DNA from: a virus
IMG/VR virus record: IMGVR_UViG_3300006750_000002
Coordinates: 96,001-160,000 of that record
DNA: 64,000 nt
Strand: one strand, 5' to 3'
In this document: piece after piece, positions 20,534-29,547 of the stretch
Numbering within the stretch: position 1 is the stretch's first letter
Layout of the letters: every line of letters begins with the position of its first letter
Position numbers and translations under genes: made by a program
Notes under the pieces: model-generated
Database searches by the model: none
What the model was told of the DNA's origin: nothing
Seen by the model: only the letters and a program-made list of their open reading frames with translations

Positions 20534-22855
20534 ATGGTTAACAAAGATGAATTAAATAACCCTTTTATAAAGGTAACGTGGGAAGATAGTCCAGAAAATT
20601 TTACACAGGAGAAAATTAAAAGACTAAAGAGCCATTTTAAAAAAAAGTACAATTCTGAGAGAGTTAATGTCCTAACTAGGGTATCAGGTGTCGACACACC
20701 TAATAACCCCCAAGAGGTCACTGAAAACGTCATAGATAAAGAATATCAGAAGAGACTTGTAAAAGAATTTTTAAAAGAACAAGAGGTTATCGTAGATTGG
20801 GATAAGTTCGTTAGGTTGGACAATAGGGTAGAATCTAACATCCAGGAGGAAGAAAACACAACAAATAAAAAATGGTCCGTTAAATGGGTCGAGTTTAGTA
20901 ATTTTCTATCTTTTGGGGAAGGTAATAAAATAGACTTCACTAAGTATCCAGGAATTACAGCGGTCGATTCTAGTCCAGCTAACTTTGGGGGCAAAACCAC
21001 CTTAACGGTAGACTTATTATTGTTCCTATTTTTTAATGTAACCACTAAATCTTCAAAAGCTATAGAAGTGTTTAATAGATTCACAGATAAGAATAGGGTT
21101 TTAGTTAGTGGGGAAGTAGAAATTGATGGGGATAACTTTATTATAGAAAGAGGAGTAATACGTAGACAAACAAAAAAAGGCGAGTGGTCGGTAAAGACAG
21201 AATTAAATCTAAGTAAAAGATTAAGTGATGGTACTTCACAAAATCTACAAGGGGAACAAAGAAGAGAAACAGAAGAATTTCTAAAGAATTCTATAGGTAC
21301 TATGGATGATTTTTTACTAACTATCCTAACCACATCAAACAACCTTGAAAACTTATTAGAAGCCAAACCAACACAAAGAGGGCAAATACTTACAAGATTT
21401 GTTGGGTTAGAGAAACTAAAGAAGAAAGAAGAAAACTGTAAAGAGATTTATTCAGAGTGGAATAAAAAGATTATATCTAATCATTATAATATTAATGATT
21501 TAACTACTGATATTGTGAACTTGAAAGAAGAGATTAGAGAATTACAATTAACTAATGAATCGTCCAGTAAAGAAATAAAAACTTTAGAACTAAAGTATGG
21601 TGATGTGGTTACCTATAAAGAAAAATTAATATCTTCACAACATAACGACATAAATCCTGATTTGGTTAAAGTTAATCCTGAAACTTTAGAAGAAGAGATA
21701 GGTAAGTTGGGTGTAGAAGGCACTAAACTAAAACATAAATTAGATTTAATTATTTTAGATAAACCATCGACCATATATAGTGAAGATGAATATAAACTTT
21801 TGATAAAAGAAAACAAAACCCTAATCAAAGAAGACCTAGAGATTAAGAGTGAAATTAAAAATATAAATAAACTAATTAAAAATTTAGAAGAGGGGAAGAA
21901 CTGTCCTATGTGTAAACAACTATTGGAGGATGTGGACCATACCCAGGAGATTAAGGATAACCAGGTTAATTTAAAAGAGATTGTGGAAGACTCCAAAAAA
22001 ATCATGGATAAATTAGAAAATAGTGAACAGGCAATGGGTGAATGTGAAAGCATTAAATCTAGTTGGGAAGGATACGAAAAAGAATCCTTAAAAAAAATAA
22101 AAGTAGAGCTAGACATCAAAGAAAATAATATTACCCGTAAAGAAAAAACTTCCCTACTCAAAGAATGGGAGAGTAATAAAAGTAAGTTAGAGGAGAATAG
22201 AGTAGTGGAAAAGAAGTTGGTTTCTGCAAGGACTCTAATTGAAACCATTATAGCTGATAGAGACCAACTAAAAAGTAAAACTACATCCAACAATTCTAAA
22301 GTAACCCAAAAGAATGGAGAGATTCTAGATAAGACTAGTAAGATTAGTGAAATTAAAAAAGAAGAAGGTGTAGATAAAGTATTTAAGTCTTACTTAATTG
22401 CATACGGTAAAAATGGAATTTCTAAACTCATTTTAAGAAATACCATCCCTTATCTTAATAGTGAGTTAAATAGGTTATTGTCAGATAGTTGTGAATTCAC
22501 ACTACAACTTAGAATAAATGATAGGAACGAATTAGAATTTTGGATGGTAGACAATGGAACTGGAATTGAAAAATTAATGTCTAGTGGAAGTGGATATGAA
22601 AAGACTATCGCGTCCCTCGCATTGCGTTCGGTACTGTCTAAAGTATGTGCATTACCTAAACCTAACATAGTATGTTTTGATGAAGCGTTTGGGAAAGTTA
22701 GTGATGAAAATCTAGAGTTGGTTGGTAGGTTCTTTACAAAAATTAAAGATTACTTTGAAAGGATATTTGTAATTTCTCACAATCCATTAGTTAAAGACTG
22801 GTGTGACCAAACCATCACTGTTAAGAAAGAAAATAATGTCTCTAGGGTTATTTAA
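20534..22855 (+). CDS. sbcC: SbcC/Rad50/gp46-like ABC ATPase with a ~110-aa N-terminal extension
   Basis: EFSNFLSFG, Walker A NFGGKTT, zinc hook CPMC, signature SSGSGYE, Walker B VCFDE, H-loop ISHN, and long coiled coils. Confidence 0.9.
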   Translation: MVNKDELNNPFIKVTWEDSPENFTQEKIKRLKSHFKKKYNSERVNVLTRVSGVDTPNNPQEVTENVIDKEYQKRLVKEFLKEQEVIVDWDKFVRLDNRVESNIQEEENTTNKKWSVKWVEFSNFLSFGEGNKIDFTKYPGITAVDSSPANFGGKTTLTVDLLLFLFFNVTTKSSKAIEVFNRFTDKNRVLVSGEVEIDGDNFIIERGVIRRQTKKGEWSVKTELNLSKRLSDGTSQNLQGEQRRETEEFLKNSIGTMDDFLLTILTTSNNLENLLEAKPTQRGQILTRFVGLEKLKKKEENCKEIYSEWNKKIISNHYNINDLTTDIVNLKEEIRELQLTNESSSKEIKTLELKYGDVVTYKEKLISSQHNDINPDLVKVNPETLEEEIGKLGVEGTKLKHKLDLIILDKPSTIYSEDEYKLLIKENKTLIKEDLEIKSEIKNINKLIKNLEEGKNCPMCKQLLEDVDHTQEIKDNQVNLKEIVEDSKKIMDKLENSEQAMGECESIKSSWEGYEKESLKKIKVELDIKENNITRKEKTSLLKEWESNKSKLEENRVVEKKLVSARTLIETIIADRDQLKSKTTSNNSKVTQKNGEILDKTSKISEIKKEEGVDKVFKSYLIAYGKNGISKLILRNTIPYLNSELNRLLSDSCEFTLQLRINDRNELEFWMVDNGTGIEKLMSSGSGYEKTIASLALRSVLSKVCALPKPNIVCFDEAFGKVSDENLELVGRFFTKIKDYFERIFVISHNPLVKDWCDQTITVKKENNVSRVI

Positions 22856-22870
22856 AATCATAGGATAGAA

Positions 22871-22901
22871 TTTGGTAGTGTCGATTTTATTATTATCTTT
22901 G
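22871..22901 (+). promoter_or_regulatory. Bacteroidota sigma-A (-33/-7) promoter
   Basis: TTTG-N19-TATCTTTG, matching the TTTG-N19-21-TAnnTTTG consensus. Confidence 0.75.
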
Positions 22902-22927
22902 TAGTCTAACATTTTAAATAAGGTAAT

Positions 22928-23452
22928 ATGGACAACTTAAGAGAAGTACGACAAATGGCAAATCGATTGATGAGTGAAGAGTTTACGTTCACAGCATTCG
23001 GCAAAACCCACACACTTTCAGGTAACAATCTTGGTTACAGCTTCAAGTTCGATAACGCACGTCGGAGACTAGGGTGTTGTAATTATCGTACAAAGACCAT
23101 CAGTCTATCAAAACATCTTTGCCTTATGAACCTTGATAAGGTTGAGGGCAAACTTAAAGATACTGTATTACATGAGTTGGCACACGCATTTGATGTGGCG
23201 TTATATGGTTTAAGTAGTGGTCACGGACCTAGGTGGGTACGAATAGCACAATCAATCGGGTGTGATGGACAGCGTTGTTACAGTAGTGAGGATGTGAAGG
23301 AGGTAACCAATAGCAAGTATACTCACACTTGTCCAACGTGTGGAAACACAACACCTAGACATAAGAAGATAAGGAGGTCTTATAGTTGTGCACCGTGTTC
23401 AGGTGGGAGATACAACCCACAACACAAGTTGATTTTGACTCAGAATTATTAA
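22928..23452 (+). CDS. SprT-like zinc metalloprotease with a C-terminal zinc ribbon
   Basis: RRRLGCC, HELAH (HExxH), GHGPRW, CPTC...CAPC. Confidence 0.85.
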   Translation: MDNLREVRQMANRLMSEEFTFTAFGKTHTLSGNNLGYSFKFDNARRRLGCCNYRTKTISLSKHLCLMNLDKVEGKLKDTVLHELAHAFDVALYGLSSGHGPRWVRIAQSIGCDGQRCYSSEDVKEVTNSKYTHTCPTCGNTTPRHKKIRRSYSCAPCSGGRYNPQHKLILTQNY

Positions 23453-23499
23453 TAAGTGATAGGTGCCTGAATTAAGTTTGGGGATGAATAAATTATTTA

Positions 23500-23530
23500 T
23501 TTGGTAGTGTCGAAATAATTACTATCTTTG
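23500..23530 (+). promoter_or_regulatory. Bacteroidota sigma-A promoter
   Basis: TTTG-N19-TATCTTTG; shares tttggtagtgtcga with the promoter at 22871. Confidence 0.75.
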
Positions 23531-23550
23531 TAATACACAAAAAGAGAAAT

Positions 23551-24087
23551 ATGAATATCATCGAAACTACAACACAAAAAGACTTTTACGGAAACAACAT
23601 TACTAGAAAAAAAATCAAAGACGGATTTTTTAAAGATTCGAATGTAATATCAGAATCACAAAGTAAGTTAGCTCAATCAGAAAATCGTGATTGTGTGGTA
23701 AGAGCATTCATGATGGCTTTAGATTTACCATATGATAAAGCCCATAAGTTTGTAGAAATCAAATTCAACCGTAAACCAGGTAAAGGAACTTATACTCGTA
23801 TGCATTTGAATAATGTAATAAATCGTCAGAAGAATGGTTATAAGATGAAAATGTTGGGTTACCACCCGAAATATAGTAATGGAAAGAAAAAATTAGTTAA
23901 CCCTAAATATAAAAAAGAAACTGGATACACAGTAAAATCTTTTATGGAACAACATCCTGTAGGTCGTTACTTTATGATTGTTAGAGGACACGCATTAGCG
24001 TTAGTTGACGGTATATTGTATGGTAATTCTTGTGAACAATACGATGGATTTCGTAGACCGATAAGATTTGTTATTGAGTGTAAGTAA
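23551..24087 (+). CDS. Hypothetical phage protein (DCVVRA motif)
   Basis: 178 aa with NRDCVVRAF and GHALALVDG motifs (Cys...His pair); has its own host-type promoter. Confidence 0.65.
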   Translation: MNIIETTTQKDFYGNNITRKKIKDGFFKDSNVISESQSKLAQSENRDCVVRAFMMALDLPYDKAHKFVEIKFNRKPGKGTYTRMHLNNVINRQKNGYKMKMLGYHPKYSNGKKKLVNPKYKKETGYTVKSFMEQHPVGRYFMIVRGHALALVDGILYGNSCEQYDGFRRPIRFVIECK

Positions 24088-24447
24088 TTAGAATTCCATA
24101 TTGTCGAAAGGTTCGATAAGGTTACCACGATTCTTAAATCCTACCCCACCTACATAGGTTTCCATATTACCCATTTTTCTTCTTTCGTAGTCTAGAATAG
24201 ATAATGCTAATTTTCTATCGTATTCTTTGTCGTCAGTTTCAGGAACTACCCCATCATAATAGATAGAACCTCTAAATCTTCTAACAGGGTTAGGGGAGTC
24301 CATTATCTCATCATAAGTAGAATCATCTATTTCGAATTCATAGTCATCCACAGGAAGTCTACTCTCCATTTCTTCTTCCTCTTGTTCGTTAAGGACTTTA
24401 CCTAAAGCTTTTTTAATGTCACTTTCTGTAATTCTAATTTTATTCAT
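24088..24447 (-). CDS. Acidic hypothetical late protein with an N-terminal ITE...VLNE motif
   Basis: MNKIRITESDIKKALGKVLNEQ; TATTTATA on the minus strand at 24461-24468. Confidence 0.7.
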   Translation of the reverse strand: MNKIRITESDIKKALGKVLNEQEEEEMESRLPVDDYEFEIDDSTYDEIMDSPNPVRRFRGSIYYDGVVPETDDKEYDRKLALSILDYERRKMGNMETYVGGVGFKNRGNLIEPFDNMEF

Positions 24448-24483
24448 GGTATTCTTTTAATATAAATATAAACAAGGCTAAAT

Positions 24484-24512
24484 AAAAAAAGGGAATCTTT
24501 CAATTCCCTTTT
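24484..24512. terminator. Intrinsic terminator (acts on the minus strand; A-tract on the other side)
   Basis: AAAAAAA-GGGAAT-CTTTCA-ATTCCC-TTTT. Confidence 0.7.
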
Positions 24513-24529
24513 AATTAATTATTTAGTTT

Positions 24530-24592
24530 TTAACAATTGCAACAAGTACATTCACATTTGGTAGTACAGTTACATTCTTTACAATCACACAT
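24530..24592 (-). CDS. Metallothionein-like micropeptide MCDCKECNCTTKCECTCCNC (20 aa, 9 Cys)
   Basis: Hand-translated and absent from the ORF track. A-rich leader (ataaaaacaaaatatcATG), 25 nt after the stop of the upstream minus-strand gene, immediately followed by a terminator. Confidence 0.7.
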   Translation of the reverse strand: MCDCKECNCTTKCECTCCNC

Positions 24593-24617
24593 GATATTTT
24601 GTTTTTATAATGTTTAT

Positions 24618-26309
24618 TTAATCTACCTCACAACAGCTTTTACAACCTTTATTAACTGTAGGGTAATTTCCAGCTAATGTTGCTTGTTTTATTATTTTAT
24701 TGTCTCCACTTCTTTTTCCAAATTTGACACAACGACAAGTTACTTTTCCCCCTTCTAATTTCTTTTTTCTCTTACACCAGTCATGAAAATCATCTTCGGT
24801 TCCTCTTCTTTCAATATCGGCATCTGCTTTTTGCATCCAGTCCTTATCTTTTTTTTTTTCGTTAAGAACTCTGTCTACGATTTTGTAAAGGTCAGCCTCT
24901 GTAAGTTTGATTACGTTTTTTCTAGGATTTCTAGATTCCTTAAGGTCTTCTTCAGCTTTTTTAGAAATTTCTGTCGATTGTTCATTTAAGACTCTATATT
25001 TAGGTCTGTTAGTTCTTCCTCCCCCTAAAGATTTTTTACTAATACTTTTCTTTCTAGGGTTTCTAGACTCACTCAACTCATCCTTCTTCTTATCCTCTTT
25101 TTTCCCCCCTTTAAGCTGGGCTTTTAATTGAGCAATTAAAGCTTGTAATTCTCCATCACCCAAGTCCTTCATACTACCTATCCCTTTTCCACCACCACCG
25201 AATGGGTTGCTCACTGTAGTAACGTCAAATCCTGCACTATATGACCCTGCGTCATAAGCTGGTCTTGGACTTCCTTTACTTGATTTACTTGATTTACTTG
25301 ATTTACTTGATTTGGAATCGTCTCCTTTTTCTTTTGTAGAGTCATCTCCATCACCATCTCCATCACCATCTCCAGGAACATAGTCATCATCATCTTTTCC
25401 ATCATCTCCACCAGTATCTTCACCATCATCTCCACCAGTATCTTCACCAGTATCTTCACCATCATCTCCACCAGTATCTTCACCATCATCTCCACCAGTA
25501 TCTTCAGGAGCCCAATCCCATGGCGGTGGTGGGGCTGTACCACCCTCACCAGTATCTCCACCAGTATCTCCACCAGTATCTCCACCAGTATCTCCACCAG
25601 TACCAACACCTGAGTCTGTACCAGTATCTCCACCAGTATCTCCACCCGTTTCTTCCTCTGTTAATAATTTAACGTCTTTATATGTCATGCCGTCCTCAAA
25701 CAACATCATCTGTTTAATTCTGTCTAGTTGTTCTTGCATTGAACTTTTCATAGTATTTTGGTTTTCTTTATAAATATGTTTACTTTCTTCTTTTACCGTA
25801 AACATATCTGCGTTTTTTCTTATAGTTGCGTTATAGGTTTTTAATTCAGGACTTTTCTTACTTTGCCCCATTAAATGACCAGCATTTTTCTTCTCGATAT
25901 CCAACTTACCTTCTTCATCATAATTCTCCGAGTCTGCATTACAGTTTGTCTCATGGGAGACCTTTTCAGTTGGGTGATGCACCCCCCTAATTTCCACATA
26001 ATCGTCCCCAGTGTGGCTGTCTTGGGGGTTATAGTAATCTTTTTCTGGGTGGAGAGGCCTTTTGTTAGTCTCTTCGTCGTTAAAATTTTGACTATGGAAC
26101 CAGTAACTCCCCTCAAACGAAGGACTATCGTTAGGTATCCTCATAACACCCTTACCGATTCCACCTTCTGGCCATCCTGTGGCGGTATTGAATTCTGGCG
26201 TGTCTATAGGATGGATTCTATCTTTGGTGAAATCATTTTTTTTAACACCCTTTTTTACTTCTTTTTTAGAATCATCCTTCGATTCATTAAATTGGTAAGT
26301 TATTTTCAT
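24618..26309 (-). CDS. Low-complexity acidic late protein (possible internal head/scaffold protein); possible internal start at 25751
   Basis: N-terminus [24 protein letters not shown] repeats, multiple LxE sites, Cys-rich C-terminus; TATTTATT at 26329-26336 and an internal TATTTATA at 25769-25776. Confidence 0.7.
   Translation of the reverse strand: MKITYQFNESKDDSKKEVKKGVKKNDFTKDRIHPIDTPEFNTATGWPEGGIGKGVMRIPNDSPSFEGSYWFHSQNFNDEETNKRPLHPEKDYYNPQDSHTGDDYVEIRGVHHPTEKVSHETNCNADSENYDEEGKLDIEKKNAGHLMGQSKKSPELKTYNATIRKNADMFTVKEESKHIYKENQNTMKSSMQEQLDRIKQMMLFEDGMTYKDVKLLTEEETGGDTGGDTGTDSGVGTGGDTGGDTGGDTGGDTGEGGTAPPPPWDWAPEDTGGDDGEDTGGDDGEDTGEDTGGDDGEDTGGDDGKDDDDYVPGDGDGDGDGDDSTKEKGDDSKSSKSSKSSKSSKGSPRPAYDAGSYSAGFDVTTVSNPFGGGGKGIGSMKDLGDGELQALIAQLKAQLKGGKKEDKKKDELSESRNPRKKSISKKSLGGGRTNRPKYRVLNEQSTEISKKAEEDLKESRNPRKNVIKLTEADLYKIVDRVLNEKKKDKDWMQKADADIERRGTEDDFHDWCKRKKKLEGGKVTCRCVKFGKRSGDNKIIKQATLAGNYPTVNKGCKSCCEVD
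25275..25650. repeat. Coding tandem repeats: 9-mer tttacttga x4, and 12-/24-mer ccagtatctcca / ccagtatcttcaccatcatctcca arrays
   Basis: Seen directly; they encode KSS, GGDT and GGDDGEDT repeats on the minus strand. Confidence 0.9.
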
Positions 26310-26369
26310 TTTATTTTTTGTTTACACCAATAAATATGACTATATTTGTTAAACAAAATATTTATAATT

Positions 26370-26933
26370 ATGAAAAGAAAGAAAAATTATTTTTTATTCA
26401 TAGTGGGAAACTTTACTGAACCCACCACCATACAAGCAAATGTTTCTGATACCATCCATACCCTAACAATGGTACTTAACGGAGGGACACTTAGATATGT
26501 TCACCACGATAATTTAATGGTATGTCACTTTCAGAGTAGTGAAACCCTAGAAGATATAGATTGGCTATTAGGCTCTACTTTAAATGATGACATATTTGCT
26601 TATTTTTTATTACCTAAACCTAGACAAATGGGTATAAGATTAGATGTAGATTTGGAAAAACACCTAACAGATTTAAAATCTAAACCAACCATTGACGACC
26701 CAAGTATTGATGAGACTATAATGGGGGGTATTAAGCATATAGGTGAAACATTTACTTCGATACAAGAAGAAATGGGTGAAATAGAATTTCAACCAAATCA
26801 CAACCATATAGAAACCAGCTACGACAAGTATACTGTAGATGAGATTTTAGATAAAATAATAGATAATGAACGTGGTTTGGAATCTTTAAGTGGAGAAGAG
26901 ATAGACTTCCTGGACAGTCAGGGGGAGGAATGA
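26370..26933 (+). CDS. Hypothetical protein with a C-terminal DUF6576-like helical motif
   Basis: C-terminal VDEILDKII...GLESLSGEEIDFL. Start placed at the ATG 3 nt after TATTTATA (26359-26366). Confidence 0.6.
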   Translation: MKRKKNYFLFIVGNFTEPTTIQANVSDTIHTLTMVLNGGTLRYVHHDNLMVCHFQSSETLEDIDWLLGSTLNDDIFAYFLLPKPRQMGIRLDVDLEKHLTDLKSKPTIDDPSIDETIMGGIKHIGETFTSIQEEMGEIEFQPNHNHIETSYDKYTVDEILDKIIDNERGLESLSGEEIDFLDSQGEE

Positions 26934-26941
26934 CAGGCAGT

Positions 26942-26983
26942 CTGACAAAATGTCAGTAAATATATAGTGGTACACAAATTGAT
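26942..26983 (+). promoter_or_regulatory. Palindrome CTGACA-AAA-TGTCAG plus a sigma54-like TGGTAC-N5-TTGAT element upstream of the sigma factor gene
   Basis: Perfect inverted repeat at 26942-26956; the element at 26968-26983 resembles the TGGCAC-N5-TTGC consensus. Confidence 0.5.
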
Positions 26984-27007
26984 TATTAACTTTATTAAAA
27001 TATACAT

Positions 27008-27802
27008 ATGAAAAAAACAGGACCTTTTATAAACCAAGATGAGATATCTCACTACTTGAAAGACGTGAGAAAAATAGACGTTTTAACAGTTAACAGAGAA
27101 AAAACGTTATCAAAGATAATGTTAAATTCCCCAACTCCTGAACAAAAAAAACAAATAGAAGAGGAGTTAATGTTGGGGAACCTACGATTTGTTATTAGTG
27201 TGGCTAGAGACTATCAGAACCAAGGAGTGGACTTACCCGACTTAATTGCGGAAGGGAATCACGGATTATTAAAAGCCATTAAGAATTTTGACTGGGGTAA
27301 AGGTAATAGATTTATCTCATATGCTGTATGGTGGGTAAAACAGTCTATTTTTCAGTGTTTAAATGAACATGCTAGGACTATTCGTCTACCTGCTAATATA
27401 GTCCAAGAAGTACAAAGAGCTAAAAAAATGGGAAATGTGGAAAACCATATGATAGATAGTAAACTTCAGAATTTACCTTATACCATTAATTTAGATAAAC
27501 CTATAAATGAAGAGGGTGATACCTTAGTGAGTGTCATTGAAAATAAAGACGCGGATAATCCAGAAGAAATATTTAATACTGATGAACAGTTAAAAATAGA
27601 GTTAAGAAAAATAATGGAAGTCTTGGACGATAGGGAAATTAAGATAGTTGGAGACTACTTTGGTCTAACTGAGACTCCCCGCACATTGTCCGCAATCGGA
27701 GAAGACTTTAACCTAACCAAGGAGAGAGTTAGACAGATTAAGGAGAAAGCACTACGTAAATTAAGAAATGAGAGTAGAGAACTTTTAGATTATATAGTAT
27801 AA
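27008..27802 (+). CDS. RpoD-like sigma-70 family factor lacking region 1.1 (Bacteroidota type)
   Basis: NLRFVISVA, DLIAEGNHGLLKA, RFISYAVWWVKQSI, RTIRLPAN and the region-4 HTH LTKERVRQIKEKALRKLR. Confidence 0.9.
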   Translation: MKKTGPFINQDEISHYLKDVRKIDVLTVNREKTLSKIMLNSPTPEQKKQIEEELMLGNLRFVISVARDYQNQGVDLPDLIAEGNHGLLKAIKNFDWGKGNRFISYAVWWVKQSIFQCLNEHARTIRLPANIVQEVQRAKKMGNVENHMIDSKLQNLPYTINLDKPINEEGDTLVSVIENKDADNPEEIFNTDEQLKIELRKIMEVLDDREIKIVGDYFGLTETPRTLSAIGEDFNLTKERVRQIKEKALRKLRNESRELLDYIV

Positions 27803-27830
27803 TTTATATTTATAGTATAATGTACAAATT

Positions 27831-28958
27831 ATGAAAGAAAGACTATTTCCTTTTTTAATTGCTTTATCTGCTCTTAGTGTGTCAGCTTCCGCTGCGTTCT
27901 ATTCTGTTTTTGGTTTAAGTAAATTATTTGCGGGAGCGAGTTACCAGGTAATGGTTATGGCTGGTTCTTTAGAATTCGCTAAATTAGTTGTGGCCTCATT
28001 ACTGTATCAGTATTGGGGTACCATAAATAAGTTATTAAGAACTTATCTTTCCCTAGCAATTTTAGTTTTAATCTTAATAACAAGTGGAGGAATCTACGGA
28101 TTTTTGTCAGGAGCTTACCAAGAGGCAGCTACTCAATCAGAGTTATTAGGTAAAGGGTTAAGAGTCTTAGAACTAAAACAAAATAGATTTGAGGAACGGA
28201 AAAGTGATTTGGCCCTCGAAAAAGAACAGTTAAATAAATCCATATCAGACCTAAGAATTTCACTCTCTAACCCAGCTCAAGTATCTTGGTATGATAAGAA
28301 TGCGGGAGAAGTTATAACTACAACCTCCTCCTCCACTAGAAGAGCATTACAAGGTGAGCTAGATAAAACCATAATAGATAGGAATACTACAAATATTAGG
28401 TTAGAGGCGATTCAAGACTCACTCCTTAGATTAGATAGGGAGGTACTGGACTTAGAAATCAGTAATGAAGGGCAAAGTGAATTAGGGCCTTTAAAGTACC
28501 TTTCCGAAGTCACAGGTAAGCCGATGAATAAAGTAGTTAATTGGTTCTTACTCCTTATTATTTTTGTATTTGACCCACTAGCTATTGCTATGGTTATAGC
28601 GGCTAATTTTGCTTTTTCTAGAGTAAAACGGAAAAATAAAAAGCCGAAAGAGGGTACTTTAGTGAATGATAAAGTTAGTGACATAGAAGAAGATATACGC
28701 AATACAATGGCAGAGCATCCAGAGGAGGGTTACCACCCACCTAGAAACGAAGAAAAATTATCAGTAGAAGAATTAAGTAAAATTGTTGGTAAAGAGGAAA
28801 GTAACTTACAGCCCGTAAAACCTTCTGAAGAAGACTTGAAAAAATTGGAAAACGTGTTAGGTTTACATAAAACTAGTACGTCACAACCCATTAATGTTGG
28901 AGATAATAAGAAAGTGTTAACCTATCGAAAAAGACTTGGAGACGACAATAAAAAATAA
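27831..28958 (+). CDS. Multi-pass membrane protein with a periplasmic coiled coil (VFDPLA motif)
   Basis: Three N-terminal TM segments, a coiled coil and a fourth TM LLIIFVFDPLAIAMVIA; TATTTATA at 27807-27814. Confidence 0.7.
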   Translation: MKERLFPFLIALSALSVSASAAFYSVFGLSKLFAGASYQVMVMAGSLEFAKLVVASLLYQYWGTINKLLRTYLSLAILVLILITSGGIYGFLSGAYQEAATQSELLGKGLRVLELKQNRFEERKSDLALEKEQLNKSISDLRISLSNPAQVSWYDKNAGEVITTTSSSTRRALQGELDKTIIDRNTTNIRLEAIQDSLLRLDREVLDLEISNEGQSELGPLKYLSEVTGKPMNKVVNWFLLLIIFVFDPLAIAMVIAANFAFSRVKRKNKKPKEGTLVNDKVSDIEEDIRNTMAEHPEEGYHPPRNEEKLSVEELSKIVGKEESNLQPVKPSEEDLKKLENVLGLHKTSTSQPINVGDNKKVLTYRKRLGDDNKK

Positions 28959-29547
28959 AAAAGAGTTATTCTATTATAAGGAAAAGTGTAATAAAACACA
29001 AATTATACTATGCCATACCTCTAGACCACTAACTTATTTTAGTAATAGTCTAAAATATAGGTTGGATGGTGAGTACACCAGGATACCAACCTATAACATC
29101 TCTAAAAATGGTAATGTAATCCAAAATTTTAACCCAGAGAACTATTCGGATTTTTTCGGTATAGAAGAAGTGGATAAAAGTTCCATTATTGTGTGCTTAG
29201 AAAATTTAGGGTGGTTAAAATATAATACCTTAAACGACAAGTACATCAACTGGATTGGGGATACTTATAAAGGAAAGGTATATCAGAAAAGATGGAGAGA
29301 TAGGACTTTTTGGTCTAATTATCCAGATAAACAGTTATGGGCATGTGCAAAACTTATAGTAAAAATATGTTCCGACTATGACATACCTCTAGAATTGATT
29401 GGGCACAACGTAAAGATTGATGGTGTGAGAAGCTTTTCAGGAGTTACCACTAGAAGTAATTATGGTGAATGCTGGACAGACCTTAGTCCGTCTTTTGATT
29501 TTGAGAAATTAAAAACATACATAGATGAAGAAAATGAAATACAATAA
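28936..29547 (+). CDS. Amidase_2-fold protein, probably catalytically inactive
   Basis: Aligns by eye with the amidase at 46468 (LCHTSR/LHHTAG, SIIVC/SIGIE, TRSN/THTN, DLSP/DLSP); TTG start. Confidence 0.65.
   Translation: METTIKNKKELFYYKEKCNKTQIILCHTSRPLTYFSNSLKYRLDGEYTRIPTYNISKNGNVIQNFNPENYSDFFGIEEVDKSSIIVCLENLGWLKYNTLNDKYINWIGDTYKGKVYQKRWRDRTFWSNYPDKQLWACAKLIVKICSDYDIPLELIGHNVKIDGVRSFSGVTTRSNYGECWTDLSPSFDFEKLKTYIDEENEIQ

Noticed and set aside
20746-22668. Long minus-strand ORFs (206, 226 and 72 aa) opposite sbcC
   Set aside because: Antisense shadows of a K/E-rich coiled-coil gene; S/F/L-rich composition with no start context.
25384-25650. Possible CRISPR array
   Set aside because: The repeats are contiguous 12/24-mers without unique spacers, in frame inside a CDS; no cas genes. 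The PD-(D/E)XK gene at 18126 sits in a replication operon.
25211-26333. Alternative-frame (25211-25645, 25871-26116) and antisense (25875-26333) ORFs
   Set aside because: By-products of the low-complexity repeats and of the main 563-aa frame.
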